DNA from: Dicyema japonicum
Lineage: Eukaryota > Animalia > Dicyemida
Length of the DNA: 64,000 nucleotides
NCBI GenBank assembly: GCA_011109175.1
Contig: RDEW01000022.1
Coordinates: 494,315-558,314 of the forward strand
Direction: 5' to 3'
The position numbers and the translations under genes were made by a program. The first letter of the stretch is position 1. Every line of letters starts with the position of its first letter. The notes under the pieces are model-generated. The model saw only the letters and a list, made by a program, of their open reading frames with translations, did no database searches and had not been told where the DNA came from. Below, one piece after another: positions 26,759 to 40,517 of the stretch.

Positions 26759-29700
26759 CAGTAAAGTCCCTCTAATTGGCCAACTCATAAATTGTGGCTA
26801 AAAGTTCACGTCGGGGTTTCAAAAAGCAAATTTTCCTAAGAAATTGGCCCCGATTGAAAAGCAAGTGGATGCGATGGGTCATATAATTTCTTTTTTAAGA
26901 AATTGAATCCTTTACATGACTTTTCATGTACAGAGATTAACCGAAGTATTAATGGAGAGGACATCCCACTGGACTCTAACGGAGATATTTTGACTGAATC
27001 TGATGTGTAGATGGAAAGTAACAGGGAGTTTATGGCTCACTCTTCTTCTAAGAGAAGATGAGGGATTACAAACAATATGGATCAAATTCACTTTATTAGT
27101 TAATTTATTCGTTATAAACAAATAAAATTATATTCTCAAATTAGCCAACATTATTTAAAAAATTCGAAAGCTTCTCGTTGTAATTATACAAGGCTTAATT
27201 GTTTCCAAAATCTCAACCAAATCGTCAATTTGTTCTGGAATCGCACACTCATCACTTCAATTATCTAAGTCATAATGTTAAGTATAACCATTAATTATTG
27301 AATTTATTCCCTTAATTCCTCAATATTTTTCGAAAGGACTTCCGTTAGAAAATGAATGGACCGATATGTTATAACTGTAGACAGCTTATTCTAATTTATC
27401 AAGCCACTTTTTTTTCACTGTTATCCAGCATTTTTGACAACTTCCTCGTGATCGTCTGATTAAATCTTTCGACAATACCTTGTGCTCGTCGATTGTTAGG
27501 CCTTCCGTGAATTTGCTTAATGTTAAAATCTTCGAAAAGTTTTGTTATTTCTTGATTTTTAAATTCATAACCATTGTCCGACTAAAGAAACTTTAGGCGA
27601 AACAAAGATCTTAAGTTTTCACATACTTCTTTATCAGACTTATTATAGAGTTGTCGTACGAAAGCGAATCTATAAATTAAAAAAAACCAGCCTACTATAT
27701 ATGTCAATGACCGCTAAAATCCATTTGAAATTTTCATTTAATGTTGAAAAATTTTTCAGGTCTATTAGATCTACCTGAAAACGTTCATTTGAAGAAGCAC
27801 ACACATATGATTTATATCTCCAATCTACAATTATAAAAAATCACGAACTTTTAAAAAACGCGAAAATTTGCAGACTTCACAATTTTGAATGACTTTTCTG
27901 ATAATCTCATTCTTTACAGTGAAGTATCTTTGTCGACATTCATACTCAATTTTATTGACTCCTCCGTGTGAAAACTCGTGCAACGATTTCGCAACATGCT
28001 CCATTTCGGTTTCATTATCCAGGGATATTACTAACTTGGAGTCAATTGATTTAACATTCATACTCAATTTTATTGACTCCTCCGTGTGAAAACTCGTGCA
28101 ACGATTTCGCAACATGCTCCATTTCGGTTTCATTATCCAGGGATATTACTAACTTGGAGTCAATTGATTTAAGATACAGTCTAAATTATTGCAAATTTAC
28201 AATACCTGTCATTGATAATAGAAAAATTCTCTATCTTCTTTACAAGCCTATATTTTCGGTGCCTCGGAAGATTTTCGGGAAATTTATCATGCAAAGCATT
28301 TTTTAAAGTTTGATATTCAACGCAATCTTTCACAAAACCCTTGTAAGAAGCCATTGCAGCAAAATAATCTTCCATGCTATAAATCTAGGTTTAATAATAA
28401 TAAAATCTTTATGATCATAACATTTATGAATAAAAAACCAATTTAGCAGGATTAAATCACGATATAAATCGGATATACAAAATTAAATGTAGGATAATCA
28501 AAAGACCTTTTCAAGGTCGAAAAATGTAACAGGCTGCCCATGCGTTACGCCCATGTGACATAATATACATCGTGCCAAACAATCGCTCACAGATTTTCTG
28601 ATTTATTTAATATTCGAATTTAAAGAAAAACAGTGAATAATATTCTTAAATCCCGAGAGTTCATATTAAAAACATCTAAAAGTTATATTCCTTCAACAAA
28701 GACATGCAAATCATTAAAATTTTCTGAACTTGATACTAAGCTTGTTGGATGGATGGATCTAAAGGTATTTTTAATTTTTTATGTTAAATGATGGAAAAAT
28801 ATTAAATAAAGCACAAAATATTGCTGAAAAGTTATCAATTAATGATTTCAAGAATTCAAAGGATTCAAAAAAGACATGGTTTTCGAATGCATAAATTACA
28901 TGGGTAAATGACAACGTACAAACAACCTGACTTTTTTGTAGATCACTTTGAAGAAATTTCTAAACATTATAAAAAAGACGAAATTTAAAATATAACAGGG
29001 CTCTATTATAAACTGATTCCGTCCAAGAGCATGTGCAAAACACAACTTGGTGGATATAAAAATTTCAAAGATCGGGTTTCAATTATGTACAAATATGAGT
29101 GGAACCCATAAATTAAAGTCAGTTATGATTTAAAAATCTAAAGTACCCAGATGTTTCAAAAATTATAATTATGAATGTTCGATAAACTATTATCACTCTA
29201 ATAGAGCATGGATGACCAGTTTAATTCATTGGTTAATAAAATTGGATAACGAACTGTTCCATCAAAAAATCTTTGGTTATTATTGTCCTCATTGTATAAA
29301 ATCTAAATTGGAACACATTTAGATATTATTTTTTCCTAAAAATAGGCTTAATACAACCTATGGATATTGAAATCATTAAAACATTTTAATAGACATAAGC
29401 TGTTATATCTAATAAGATAACAAAAATATTTCAGTTTATGAGTCTTATAAAAAGTTAAATTTGAAAGACACGGTTTTTTTACGGCATGGGAAGATGTATC
29501 AATTGAAAAATTGTTTCAATAAATTGCATAAACAAGATATCGAGGTCATTCCAAATGATTGAGGCAATAATATTATTGCAATTTTTAGGAAAACTCGCAT
29601 TTTGGACCCTCTGGACGTAGAAATATTCCTTGATATCAATACCATAAAAATGAAGCGATAATTAATGAATATGACGAAATGGTGCTATCGGGGAATTCTG

Positions 29701-29817
29701 AAAAAGAAAAATTCATTAATGAAGACGAAATGATGAATTCTGAAAAAGACGAAATAATTGATGGATGTACTAGAACTGAAAACAAAACTGAGATTTCAAA
29801 TGCACTATATCTGATTA
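26759..29817 (+). mobile_element. Second pogo/Tigger-like element, decayed, interrupted by an integrase element
   Basis: TA|CAGTAAAGTCCC left end at 26759. Transposase remnants at 28570-29600 (GLYYKLIPSKS, KDRVSIM, NRAWMTS, IQPMDIEIIK). Linking the TIR to these remnants is inferred. Confidence 0.65.
27290..28531 (-). mobile_element. Stand-alone gypsy-type integrase with introns (Ginger-like DNA transposon), decayed
   Basis: ATG at 28375. HHCC finger H..SHGG...CEVC, QVDLID, SDNG.EF and QGIVERFNQTI. No RT/RNase H adjacent. Introns at 28181-28205, 27825-27848 and 27670-27691. Possible TGTTACA end at 28531. Confidence 0.7.
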
Positions 29818-29819
29818 AA

Positions 29820-32800
29820 TTATTATTATTTAAGCACTTCACGAGAGCCATACTAATTATAGCCCCGCATGTGCAGCAAAAGAAACAAGGTTAGATGTCA
29901 TCCTTTTCCATGCTCCCCTGTTCCTAGCCAAGGCTCTCATGCTGTCCAGGTCGTCGGCATTTGTTAGATTTTTTTGATATTGACAAGGTCTTTTTGTAAG
30001 ACTATTAGCAGTGTTGTTCTTGGTCTTCCACGATAGCGGCCTTCTTTACTAACATAGTATGTTTCCGTAGATATGTTCATTGGGGATGTTAATTCCATCC
30101 TCAACACGTGTCCGAAGAGCTTCCATCGGGATTCCAATACATCTAAGCTGATAGGTCTAGTGCAGCATCTCTTATATAAAGCATTTCTCGATATTCTCGT
30201 AGGACAAGTAGTTCCTGTTATTTTTCTCAGCTGACCTCTGTGGAACGAGTCTAGTTTTTTCATATCCGCTGATGAGGTCGCCCAAGTTCCAGCGTTATAT
30301 AAAAGTACGGGTTTTTTGAATGAGTCGTATAATAAGATTCTCATTTTCGTATCGATACATCTTTGATTGAGCCATAAATTCTTCAGTTTATATAACGCAG
30401 CATTGGCTAGAGTTTTCCTACGTAAAATATCTTCGCTATCTCCCATAAGTAAATCGAATTTCTTCACTTGTCGCTACTTCTCTTCTAGGACGTTACTCAT
30501 CTTTCTTATCTCTGTGAGTTCTGTTTTCTCTCTGTTCACAGTAAGAAACCATTTCCCTAGTACATCTGCTGCTTTTTCTAATAAGTTTTCCAGGACCTCT
30601 TTGTCTTCAGAAATTAGGTCTACATCGTCCGCGTAGATCACTTCTTCCGTCTTTCCTTGGTATAACGGTCTAAGTTCCCTCATAGCGGCTTCCAAATAAA
30701 TTGTGAATAGTAAAGGAGACATGGAGTCTCCTTGTGGAGTGCCCGTGTTTGTTTCAAATTTTCTTGAATAGGTCATTCCGACTATCACAAGGAGCTCAGT
30801 ATTGGAAAGTAAAATTCGGGTCATCCTTAAACTCGACCCATCAAGAAATCCGCTCAGTAACCCATTAATTTGTTCCTGTTAACCGCATCAAAAGCTCTTG
30901 ATAGGTCAATTCCCAAATATTGTTGGCGTTACGGTATCTTTGATATGTTGCACACCTCCATCTGTGACTCCAGACCGCATCAGCAGTGGATCTTCCTTCT
31001 CGAAAACCACTTTGACTATCTGGTAGGTATTTGTAAGCAGATCCTTTTATTCGTTCAAGCACAATGTTTGCCAAGACTTTGCGTAATGAATTTAGTAGTA
31101 TTATGGGTCGCAAATTTTCGATCGGTCCTCTGTTTTTGTTAGTTTTTTATATGAGGATTAGTAGTCCCGTACCCAGAGGTAGAGTTGAGTTAGTTGAAAA
31201 CATTTCATTTAGTAGTGTAGCGATTTTTTCAAAAAAAAGGTCAGGGCCGTATTTCAGTAATTCTGGGTTTATCGCATCTGGTCTGGGACTTTTGTTATTC
31301 TTGAGTTTTCGGCAGGCCGTTTTGATTAGTATCTCAAAGGGTCTTGGCCTTCCATCAAATGGGTGGATTTCTATGGTTTTAATGTTGAAAAGCTTCTACA
31401 AAATGAGCCACGATGGCTTCAGTTTGTTCTTTGGTGTACAGTATCAGCTTGCCGTTCTTGTCTTTTATGGTTAGTCTACTTCGGTTTGTTCGCCGCAGCA
31501 AACGGGCAGCGACGTACATTTGTGCGTTGTCTTTCATTATGTTTACCTCTTCTATAAAGGAAGCTATTTCTTCTAGGAAAAGCTTCTTGTTCAGACCCTT
31601 TATTTTTTTCATGACACGTTGCCTTTCACCCTGAAGGGATTTTATCGTATTAGCGTCAGTGACATTTGATTTTCTCATGTTTATTTCTTTTAAACTTTTC
31701 GCAAGCTCAGGAACATAGTTTGACAAGTGACGCCGTCATCAGTGGATACTCACTGCGAGACTGGATTTTCTAGAAAGGACCCACACATAAGAAAAAGAAA
31801 TANATTTGATTTTCTCATGTTTATTTCTTTTAAACTTTTCGCAAGCTCAGGAACATGGTTTGACAAGTGACGCCGTCATCAGTGGATACTCACTGCGAGA
31901 CTGGATTTTCTAGAAAGGACCCACACATAAGAAAAAGAAATAAAGAAGTCAAGATCATTCCTTGGTTCTATTAGTTAACTGTTCTTTACTTAAATAAAAT
32001 GTGTGTCCTTCCTATGCGGAGCTATAAATATTATGGCTCTCGTGAAAAGGCTTTTAAAAAAAAGCTCAGGAACATTTGGATGAATAGCCTTCAGGTGCAT
32101 TTTACTATTCTCCCTTTTGCCAAGACATGCTTCAGCAGCTTCGTTGATGGTATCCTTTGTGCGTTTCCAGGTCGCATTCTAACGAGATATCCACCAATAC
32201 GTCCTGCAAATGAGTCTGAATGTATTGTTGATATTTCTCAGTAGTCTCCGGTTGGGAAATCAGCCTTTCAGTCGCCTCTGATTTTCTCAAAATTGTGATT
32301 TTTGGCATTTAATGGCATGTTTTTCAGGGTGAAGGTCGCAATAACCATCTTGTGGTCGCTGACAGTCGTCGAACCTCCATATGAACGTGCGTTTACTAGA
32401 AGGTGTTTGTCTTTAGCCCGGCATATGACATAATCGATTTGGTTGTATATTGAGACCAGCTTTCCTTCTGAGTTCCTTCGCTTCCCCATCCACGTAGTTT
32501 TGTGGCAGGATGCGTAAATGCAGTATTGCATAGGAAAAGGTTGTTTGCCATACAAAAGTGACCAAGTATTGTCCCGGGTAGGTTTCTTATTCCACGTCCA
32601 TGTTCTCCCAAGAAAACATCAAAGAGTTATTCTTCATCCCAATTTTCGCATTCAAATCTTCAGCAATGAATATTAGTGATGACGACTCATATTCGTTGTA
32701 CGTCCGTAACAGTGTTGAATAGAAGTCGTCTAGTTCTGTCGGATCTTTCGCTACACTCCAGTATGGCACAAAAACATTTACAATTGTCAGAAAGCTCTTC

Positions 32801-33190
32801 GAAGAAGGTAAGTCGTTTAGACGGATTTGTATAACACAGATCCTGTCATTCACACTCAATAAACAGTGGACTGCACTTGTCAACTTTGAGTGGATGGCAA
32901 ATCCAAGTCCATAATATTTTGAATCGCTCGGTTGACATATAATTCGATATTCACCATAGTTCTCATCAAGGCTACAAGTAACTTTCGTCTCTTGTAGGCA
33001 CCCAATAGATACGTCGAATCTCTCCAGGTCGTCACAGAGAATCTTCCTAGACCAGGTCGTAGATAAGCCTCTAGCATTGAACGTATGGACCTTTAGACGA
33101 GATGCATCTCTTTGTATCCCTTACCTTTTAAACATTTTTCTCAATTGCGATCCAATTAAGAAACGAGGCACTTCACCACCTCACCACTAT
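29820..33190 (-). mobile_element. Near full-length decayed RTE-like LINE (APE, RT, 3' tail)
   Basis: TFNARG, NQIDYV, SDHKMV, RPIILLN, GTPQGDSMSPLLF, YADD and RGRPRTT, with a (TAA)n tail at 29820-29831. Confidence 0.9.
31857..32061 (+). mobile_element. 5'-truncated SINE inserted into the RTE LINE
   Basis: 14-bp TSD AAGCTCAGGAACAT at 31843-31856 and 32062-32075. Body GTGACGCCGTCATCAGTG and tail ATGCGGAGCTAT...GGCTCTCGTGAA. Confidence 0.85.
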
Positions 33191-33549
33191 ATAATAAATA
33201 ATATCGAAAATGAAAATAATGTATAAATTATTTTTGCTATTAAAAGATACATTTAAAATAATATTTTTAAAAATAAAAGACTTGTACAATTATTTGAAAC
33301 ATGGGGTTTAAAATATTATTTTGNCCTCTAGCATTGAACGTATGGACCTTTAGACGAGATGCATCTCTTTGTATCCCTTACCTTTTAAACATTTTTCTCA
33401 ATTGCGATCCAATTAAGAAACGAGGCACGTCACCACCTCACCACTAAATAATAAATAATATCGAAAATGAAATGGTTTTTTAAATTTTTTTTTCAAATTC
33501 TCAAATTGGCCAAAAATAGTTCAGGAACAATTTTGGGCCAATTTAAGGG

Positions 33550-35420
33550 ACTTTACTGTATTTTGTGTGTGATAATCTTCCTCGAAACCGAGTCAAAATC
33601 CTTCTGGATAGTAATTGAGCATACAATCGTCTTTTTCAGTCCTGGTTTTTTGCTAAGGCCATATGTTATGAACTTCTGTGATGTAATTAGGTGTGTGACA
33701 GTTGATCGTCCCTCTTTAAAACCATGCTGAAAACTGGAATCCGGGAGGGAATGTCGTGTAAGTGTCATAATCATCTTTCCTAGGATTCTTGTCTGGACGC
33801 ACAAGAGCGACAAAGGCCTGTAAGAAGCAGGGTCCTCCCTTGGTTTCCCAGGCTTCAGTATTGGATGAATATTCAAAAGTTTCCATATAGCGGGAATACA
33901 GTTGAAGTTGATAGAGTAGTTGAAGATGCATGTTTGTGCTTATACTCCCACTATGCCAATCTTTTTCAACAGAATAACCGGGATCCCGTCCGGTCCACAG
34001 GAATGTGTGTTATTTGTTCAATAGATCTTCAAAGCGACATCTCCCGGTAGAACATACATTGTTGAGTGTTTCCTTTTCGGTTTTTTGTGGAGGAATGTCT
34101 ATCCTTTTGAATGGTTTGTGACTTATTCCACACAATGTTTGATAAATTTATTCAGATCCACCTCGATATTGTTTTCAGAATTTTTGACATTTCGCAGCAT
34201 CCTCCAGATCGTGATAAGTGAACTATTTTTTTTCATAGCTCTAGAAATTCGGCCAAGTTTTGTTTTTCGGAGAAGTTTTGTCTTTTCGTTGATCTTCATG
34301 TTCAGTGCACGGATTCTGTTAGTTTCATGTTTTGTTATTTTTACGTTTGAGACAATTCCTTTCTTTTATTAGTTGGATTGTGCTTGCATCATATTTCTTC
34401 TTGGTGAGTTTTAAGATTCCTTTTCTGACAGTTTTCTCCCTTCCAGAATCACCTTATTGAAGTGATAGACGGCTCTATCAATTGAGTTGAAATTATTCGG
34501 ATGAAAATTCAACAGGGCAGAGTTCACATATCTTCTGAATCCTGTCCAGTCAGCATTAATGGTGTCATAAAAATAATGTGTTTTTACAGCGTCATTGACG
34601 TACAATTGATCTTGATCAGAATGGGATTATAGTCACTTCCTAAGTCATAGTTTACAGACCAGCATATTAGGGAAGCAAGTCGTGGTGAACATGACGTAAT
34701 ATCTGGTGATGTAACCGAATCCTTGCTATTATACGGAATTCGTGTATTCCTGATTGAGTCGGTCATAATCGACAGATTTTGTAATTTGGAAATAATATGA
34801 AATCCCCTCGTGTCTGGAGGTTATTTCTCATACCAAAAACGTCCTTGGCATTAAAATCTCCGGACACCAACATGTTTTCCATCATATCTAGGGCAGACAA
34901 ATCCATAGAAAATCCTTTTGCACAGGAACGTGGGGGGAACATATAAATTGGCGATAATAATAGCTCCGAGAGAGGTCTGTACCAAAATTCCAATAACTTT
35001 TGTGTTTGTGTCTTCTAGCAGATTCCTGAATATGGAGGAGTGTTTGTCTAACATAATCCCTCTTCTGACGAGAATCAATAGTCTTCCACCTCGGCCCAAT
35101 TGTCGATCGACTTTCAATACATTGAAATCGGTAAATTTATGAGCATTGGAATTCCCAGAAAGCTTGGTCTCTTGTTAAAGGCAAATATCAATTTTATTCC
35201 TCTCCAAGTATAAACTCAGTTCGGATGCCTTGCCTCTAACTCCGTTAATGTTCAAGCTAAGTATCTTTAATGACTTTAATCCTGGATTCATTTCAACATC
35301 TCCAGACATGACAAGTCTCCACCGGAAAAGTGCACGGATGTGTAGGAAGTGTCGTCCAGGGGTGACAAATGGTTCTTATTGGTCACACTTTTGGATTGTA
35401 TCTGACGCCACCTAACAAGC
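33550..35420 (-). mobile_element. I-group/Ingi-like LINE, 5' half (2A-like motif, APE, partial RT)
   Basis: LVMSGDVEMNPG, LNINGVRG, GDFNAK, SPDIT, SDYNPI, KPGKP..PASYRPLSL and QHGFK. Confidence 0.85.
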
Positions 35421-35451
35421 TAACATTCAATAATATTCAATTTATTAAGCA

Positions 35452-35716
35452 CTTATAGTACTCCCTAAACAATTATAGTACCCCCTAAATAATTTTTATT
35501 ATTTTTTCTAAAATTAATAATTTTTTAGCAATAATAGATTTGGTTAAGTGCTAGAAACAACTTTCTCTACTTATCACTCTAAATCAACGTGAGATTGGCG
35601 TTAGGGACAAAAAAGTGCGACCTTGACATCGGTTTGCCTTTTCGGAAAAAATATAAATTTTTAATTTTTTTTCTAAAACGTGATTATTGTTAGTTAAGGA
35701 GGGGGGGTACTATAAC
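35452..35716. mobile_element. Possible MITE or non-autonomous element
   Basis: TTATAGTAC(T/C)CCC occurs twice at the left end and inverted (GGGGTACTATAA) at the right end. Non-coding. Confidence 0.4.
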
Positions 35717-36039
35717 TATTTTTTGAATATCTCGTGGTGCTGTGTGGTTTTGTGTGCGTAATTGCATCGGTGAATTGATTACCACGGACATTACCCACGG
35801 AACTGAACCCTTAATGATCGCTCATTACTCATTACCACGGAACCTCATCATGGAGCAGCACAAATTATATCCAAGAGACTGGACCTGATTTGCTCTTCGT
35901 GCGGTTGTGCAATTCACGCAAGTAAAGGCTTTTCTGCTCGTCTTGCGGGTACTTTTTCCACCTCGGATGTGTAAAAATGTCTCAGCGGGCTACATGCTCA
36001 TTTTGCATATGGAACTGCAGTGTCTGCATAAGCACTGGT

Positions 36040-37452
36040 CGGAGGATTGTAAGAAAAAAAGTCAAGTGGAAAATAGGTCAAGCGGGAAAAAAGTCAAGTT
36101 GTCTTTTTTCAGGTAATATCGCATTTTTTGTTATACTACTAGCATCTTTTAATTTTTAATAATTTTTTAATACTTGACTTTTTTTCCATTTTTGAAATTT
36201 TTTCCCTTATAAATTTTCAAAATTTCAAGTCCGTAATTTCTTTAACGGACTTGACTTTTTTCCGTTTATAAATTAAGATTTTTATTCATGATCGATTCAT
36301 TTTAAAGTAAGGAAGTTTCTATCTATAATATTTTCTTTATATTGATTTACTAAAAATTCCAAATTCAAATTATGATTTTGAATAGCCTCAAAAATTCTTA
36401 GTAAATCTTTCGTGATTTAGAAGGTAATATTCCATAAATAACTGTAATTGCACTGGCATTGAACTGAATCCTGATAAAATAGATTTGCTTGAAGATACAC
36501 GGTGCCATGGAAAAATATCCATCCAAATACCATGATTTTGAATTCCCCAATAACGTTAAATTAGTTTTGGTGCTGAATATTAATATTCTATCGGTTCTTC
36601 TATGATTATCATAAATTAAAAAAATTTCTGAATCTAGGCAAAGAGATAAAGTTAAAGAGGATAAAATATCTCCGAGATCGAAAATATTTTTTGGAATAGG
36701 TAGAGACAAGCTTGATTCTTTAGTGTTCGCTTAAAAGAATCTGCAGAAAAAAGAATAATTCTGGTTGCTGTTTCACATTTAACACAACCGTAAAGGAATT
36801 TCTTTACTCGTTTTAGCAATAACTTTTTTTTCGTTGCACGATTTTATCAGTTTTATTTGACTTTCATCAAATTCGTAATTGTGAGAAATTCCTTCTTTGG
36901 GAAATTCAAAATTTATCTCTTCTTAGGCTTCCTCTGCATCCTTGTGAAGATTTTTTTACACATTTAAAATTATATAGTTTTTTGTCACTGAGTGCATTGT
37001 ATACATATAACCCTTAAAATAAATTTACTTTCCGCCTTTGTTAGTTGATATTATCTCCATTTTGTCACTTATTTTTGCGGCAAGCATAATAATTAAAATA
37101 CGCTTAATTATAACCTTGAATTCCGTGATTAAGTCAAAAAGATTAAACCAAAGCGAAAAATGTCAAGTCAATTTTATTATCACCTTGAAATTCTTAAATT
37201 GATTTAGTCAAAGCGATTATTCCAAAACGGAAAAAAGTCAAATCCGTGATTTCGTTAGCGTAAGGGAAAATTTAAGATAATTGGAAAAAAAAGTCAAATG
37301 GAAAAAAATCAAGTGTTGAAAAAAATGTTTAAAATTATAAAATGCTACTAATGCTATAAAAATACGATATAAACTAAAAAAAGACGACTTGAGTTTTTTT
37401 CCGCTTACGGACTTGACATTTTTTTCGCTTGACCTTTTTTCCGCACTCCGGT
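36040..37452 (-). mobile_element. Internally deleted MULE with long repeat-rich TIRs
   Basis: RILIFST...WYLDGYF...FKQIY transposase segment. About 200-bp inverted arms containing repeated AAAAAAGTCAAG. Confidence 0.8.
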
Positions 37453-37459
37453 GGAGGAT

Positions 37460-40445
37460 CCAGACCATCATTTCAAACTAGCCCGTCGAATCAAATGAGC
37501 TGTTGGATCTCAGCGATACGGACTCCCTCTTGCTTTCTTGTCGGAGCAAAGGAAAGCCAAGAAGATTCCACTCAAGATCCTGAAACCCATCCGGATCCCC
37601 GCAGCTACATGCCTAGCTTCCGTAATTGACGACGCATTCACGTCCAACAACCAAGAGGCCTGGCTCAAACTCCTCGGTATCGCCCCGTTCGCACTTGGCA
37701 TACCATTCATCAAGTCAAAGGAACAACACCGGAACACTAGAGAAAATGCAACACGTGGGAATTCCCTTTCCTCGAAAATGATAAAGAACATCCAGATTTT
37801 CCATGTACATTCTCTCACCAAGACGGAAGTCCTGAAACCAAAACACCCGGATGTCAATCCTCTGTCTTTTTAAGTGGCCCGCCACTTTAAAACATCTTCA
37901 CCAGCATTCAGGCCTCGCAAATATGTAACCCTCAGCTAAACCACCGCCCAATCATGACTAACTCAAAAAGAGGGTTAATCGAAAGCTTTTCGAAAGATAT
38001 CCGAGCAGCTTTACGGATAATCGCTTCAAATGATACATTATTTTCCCCGCCCCCGACTGTTCTTGAGACGCTAAAAAGGAAACATCCAAACCCTCCGGAC
38101 GACCTTTACATACCTACTACTATTGAAACCACTTTAAGGATGACTATCAACGTGAGAGATGTGCGACTCGGGATTGCATAGTTTGCTGCTAGTAGCAGCG
38201 GAGGACTGGATGAACTGTGTCCGGGCCGTCTGGTTCTACAACTGAGGCTGGACATAATCTCGTCAAATCGATCACTTATGGGGATATTCCATGCACAGGA
38301 CTTTCTCTTCTCTGCCCACCAACTGGAATTCTCAAAGATTGATGGAGGCGACCGTCCCATTGCAGTTGACAACTATTTCAGATAATTGCTTCCAGGCTTG
38401 TCTCTAAAAAATTATCCCCAATCCAACCGGGTGTAGGCGTACATAACAAATGCGAAGCCTCATTTCACGCTGAGCATCAATTGAACTCACAACCTCATCA
38501 ATGGTCAAGGCAAATAATATAGGTCCGAGCGGATCTCCTTGTTGTACACCCGTTTTTGATTTAATAAATTCATTTTCAAAAACCAAAGACGTATCTTCCC
38601 CATAGGATAGATTGACAAGAGGGAAAAGCTTTAGAGCCCTCTTCCAACACGTTTTCATAATTTCGTCTCTTCTGAGAGAATAAAAGGCATTCGTTATGTC
38701 CAACTTGATTCCAATTCATTCATTTGAAATATTTTTCTGTGTGAAGAAACGCCTTGCTGCATGAACCGCAACCTCACATCCGTTCTGAATACTAACACCC
38801 ATTTGTTTTTGAAAGAACTTTTCTCCGAGTTATCGGCTCACCATAGTCGATGCTACTTTTGCTGCAAGTCTTCTAAAATAGTTCCCGACCGCAATGGGGC
38901 GGATTCCTCCGTTGAATTTTTTGAAAGCAAGTAGCCTTGCGGAGAAAAGCAATTTTCTGGCATATTTTTGGATGTCGCCGTTAACCGTTTTTCTGATTAG
39001 GTCCGTAATTGATTTGACAAGACAGCGTCTAACTTCCGAGGTGTAAGTGGACGTAAGGTCCTTAATATGGCCTGGACGTAACCCTTCCAAGCCTCCACCG
39101 CTGCTAGCCGCGAAGGAGGTTATTCCGTGGCGCACTTCGGATTCAGTAATGATTATCTCCTGGGTTCCTTCAGGATTCAAATTAGGACAACTCCTCTTTG
39201 CATTAACGATCGATCAAGTCGTTCGTTCCGTCGATGGGGAATTCAACCTCTGGTATCTCGATGACGGAACAATTGGAGGGACACCGAAAAATGTTTATAA
39301 CAATCTATCGAACTGGTACCTGCCTTCCGTCGATGGGGAATTCAACCTCTGGTATCTCGATGACGGAACAATTGGAGGGACACCGAAAAATGTTTATAAC
39401 AATCTATCGAACTGGTACCTGCCTTACATGATCTCTGCCTGGAGGTCAGCACAAAAAAGTCGGAACTCATAAATTTGTCATACCCAGAAAACGATTTCCT
39501 CAACATGACAAGAATATTTTACTGTTTAATACCGATTATATCCGTCGTCCCCCGTGAGAAAGTCTATATATTGGGTGCCCACTCGACAATGCAGAATTAC
39601 AGAAACTTGAGCACAATTTTTGACGAAGCTTGCTTGCAGTGGAGGGTAGCAGGATTTCCAATCCCAGATGATGTGTCGAATCAGAACAAATGGGACACAA
39701 TTTCCTGCAATGCTATCGTTGATAGCCTAAAGCAAGAGTCGAACCAACAACGGCTTGCCTATTTGCTAGCTGCTGCACAACATGGGAGTAGTGCATGGCT
39801 CCACGCATTTCCATGCGCTTCTTTTGGAACTCTTATGGAATACGACTGTGTGAGAATTGAAATAGTACAACGATTGGAACGTCTTCCAGAAGCACAGATG
39901 CCGTTGTGGAGGAACAGTTTACACAAAAAAATTACATCCATTGTCTTGAAAAAAATCCAGGTCGCTCACCTCATCACATCATTGAATAATGTTATTCTTC
40001 GAACCCTCGAGGCAGCAGGCTTCTCAGCTCAACTGGAGGCTGTCGGACTGGATCATGGATATGACAAGAGGCCAGACGGAATGACGCTTTTCCCATATTC
40101 ACACGGAAAATCATTGGTCTGGAATGTAACCTGTGTGTATACCTTCTCCACTTCGCTTCTGAGATCTGCTCATAAACCCAGAAGATTGGCCAAAATCCAG
40201 AAGTACTCGGCCGTTGAAGACCGATACCGATTCGCACCAGTGGCTATAGAAACGTCGGGAGCCGTAGGATCCCTCACTGCGGACATTCTGAAAGAAATAG
40301 GAGGGAAACTAGCGAGCCGAAAAAAGAACCTCTTGAATCGTTCTGTCTTAGACAACGAATCAGGATTGTAGTGTATTAAGTGGAAACGCATACGCAATCC
40401 TGTCTGCAAAGGATTGGTTATAGAAATCTTTCATTATTGTTAATA
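37460..40445. mobile_element. Cluster of CRE-like fragments in +/-/+ orientation
   Basis: Plus strand 37460-38475 (IRIPAA, KRKHP, RPIAV). Minus strand 38476-39175 (GVQQGDPLGP). Plus strand 39180-40445 (WYLDDGTIGG, KRPDG, AIETSG). Confidence 0.85.
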
Positions 40446-40517
40446 AATCGTTCATTCAAAAAAATATATTATAATTTTAAAAAAATTTAAATTAATTTTT
40501 GTTGTTCTTATTCTTGT

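Noticed and set aside
35780-35850. CRISPR-like or regulatory array (TTACC(C)ACGGA three times)
   Set aside because: Too short and irregular, in a eukaryotic context; probably transposon subterminal repeats.
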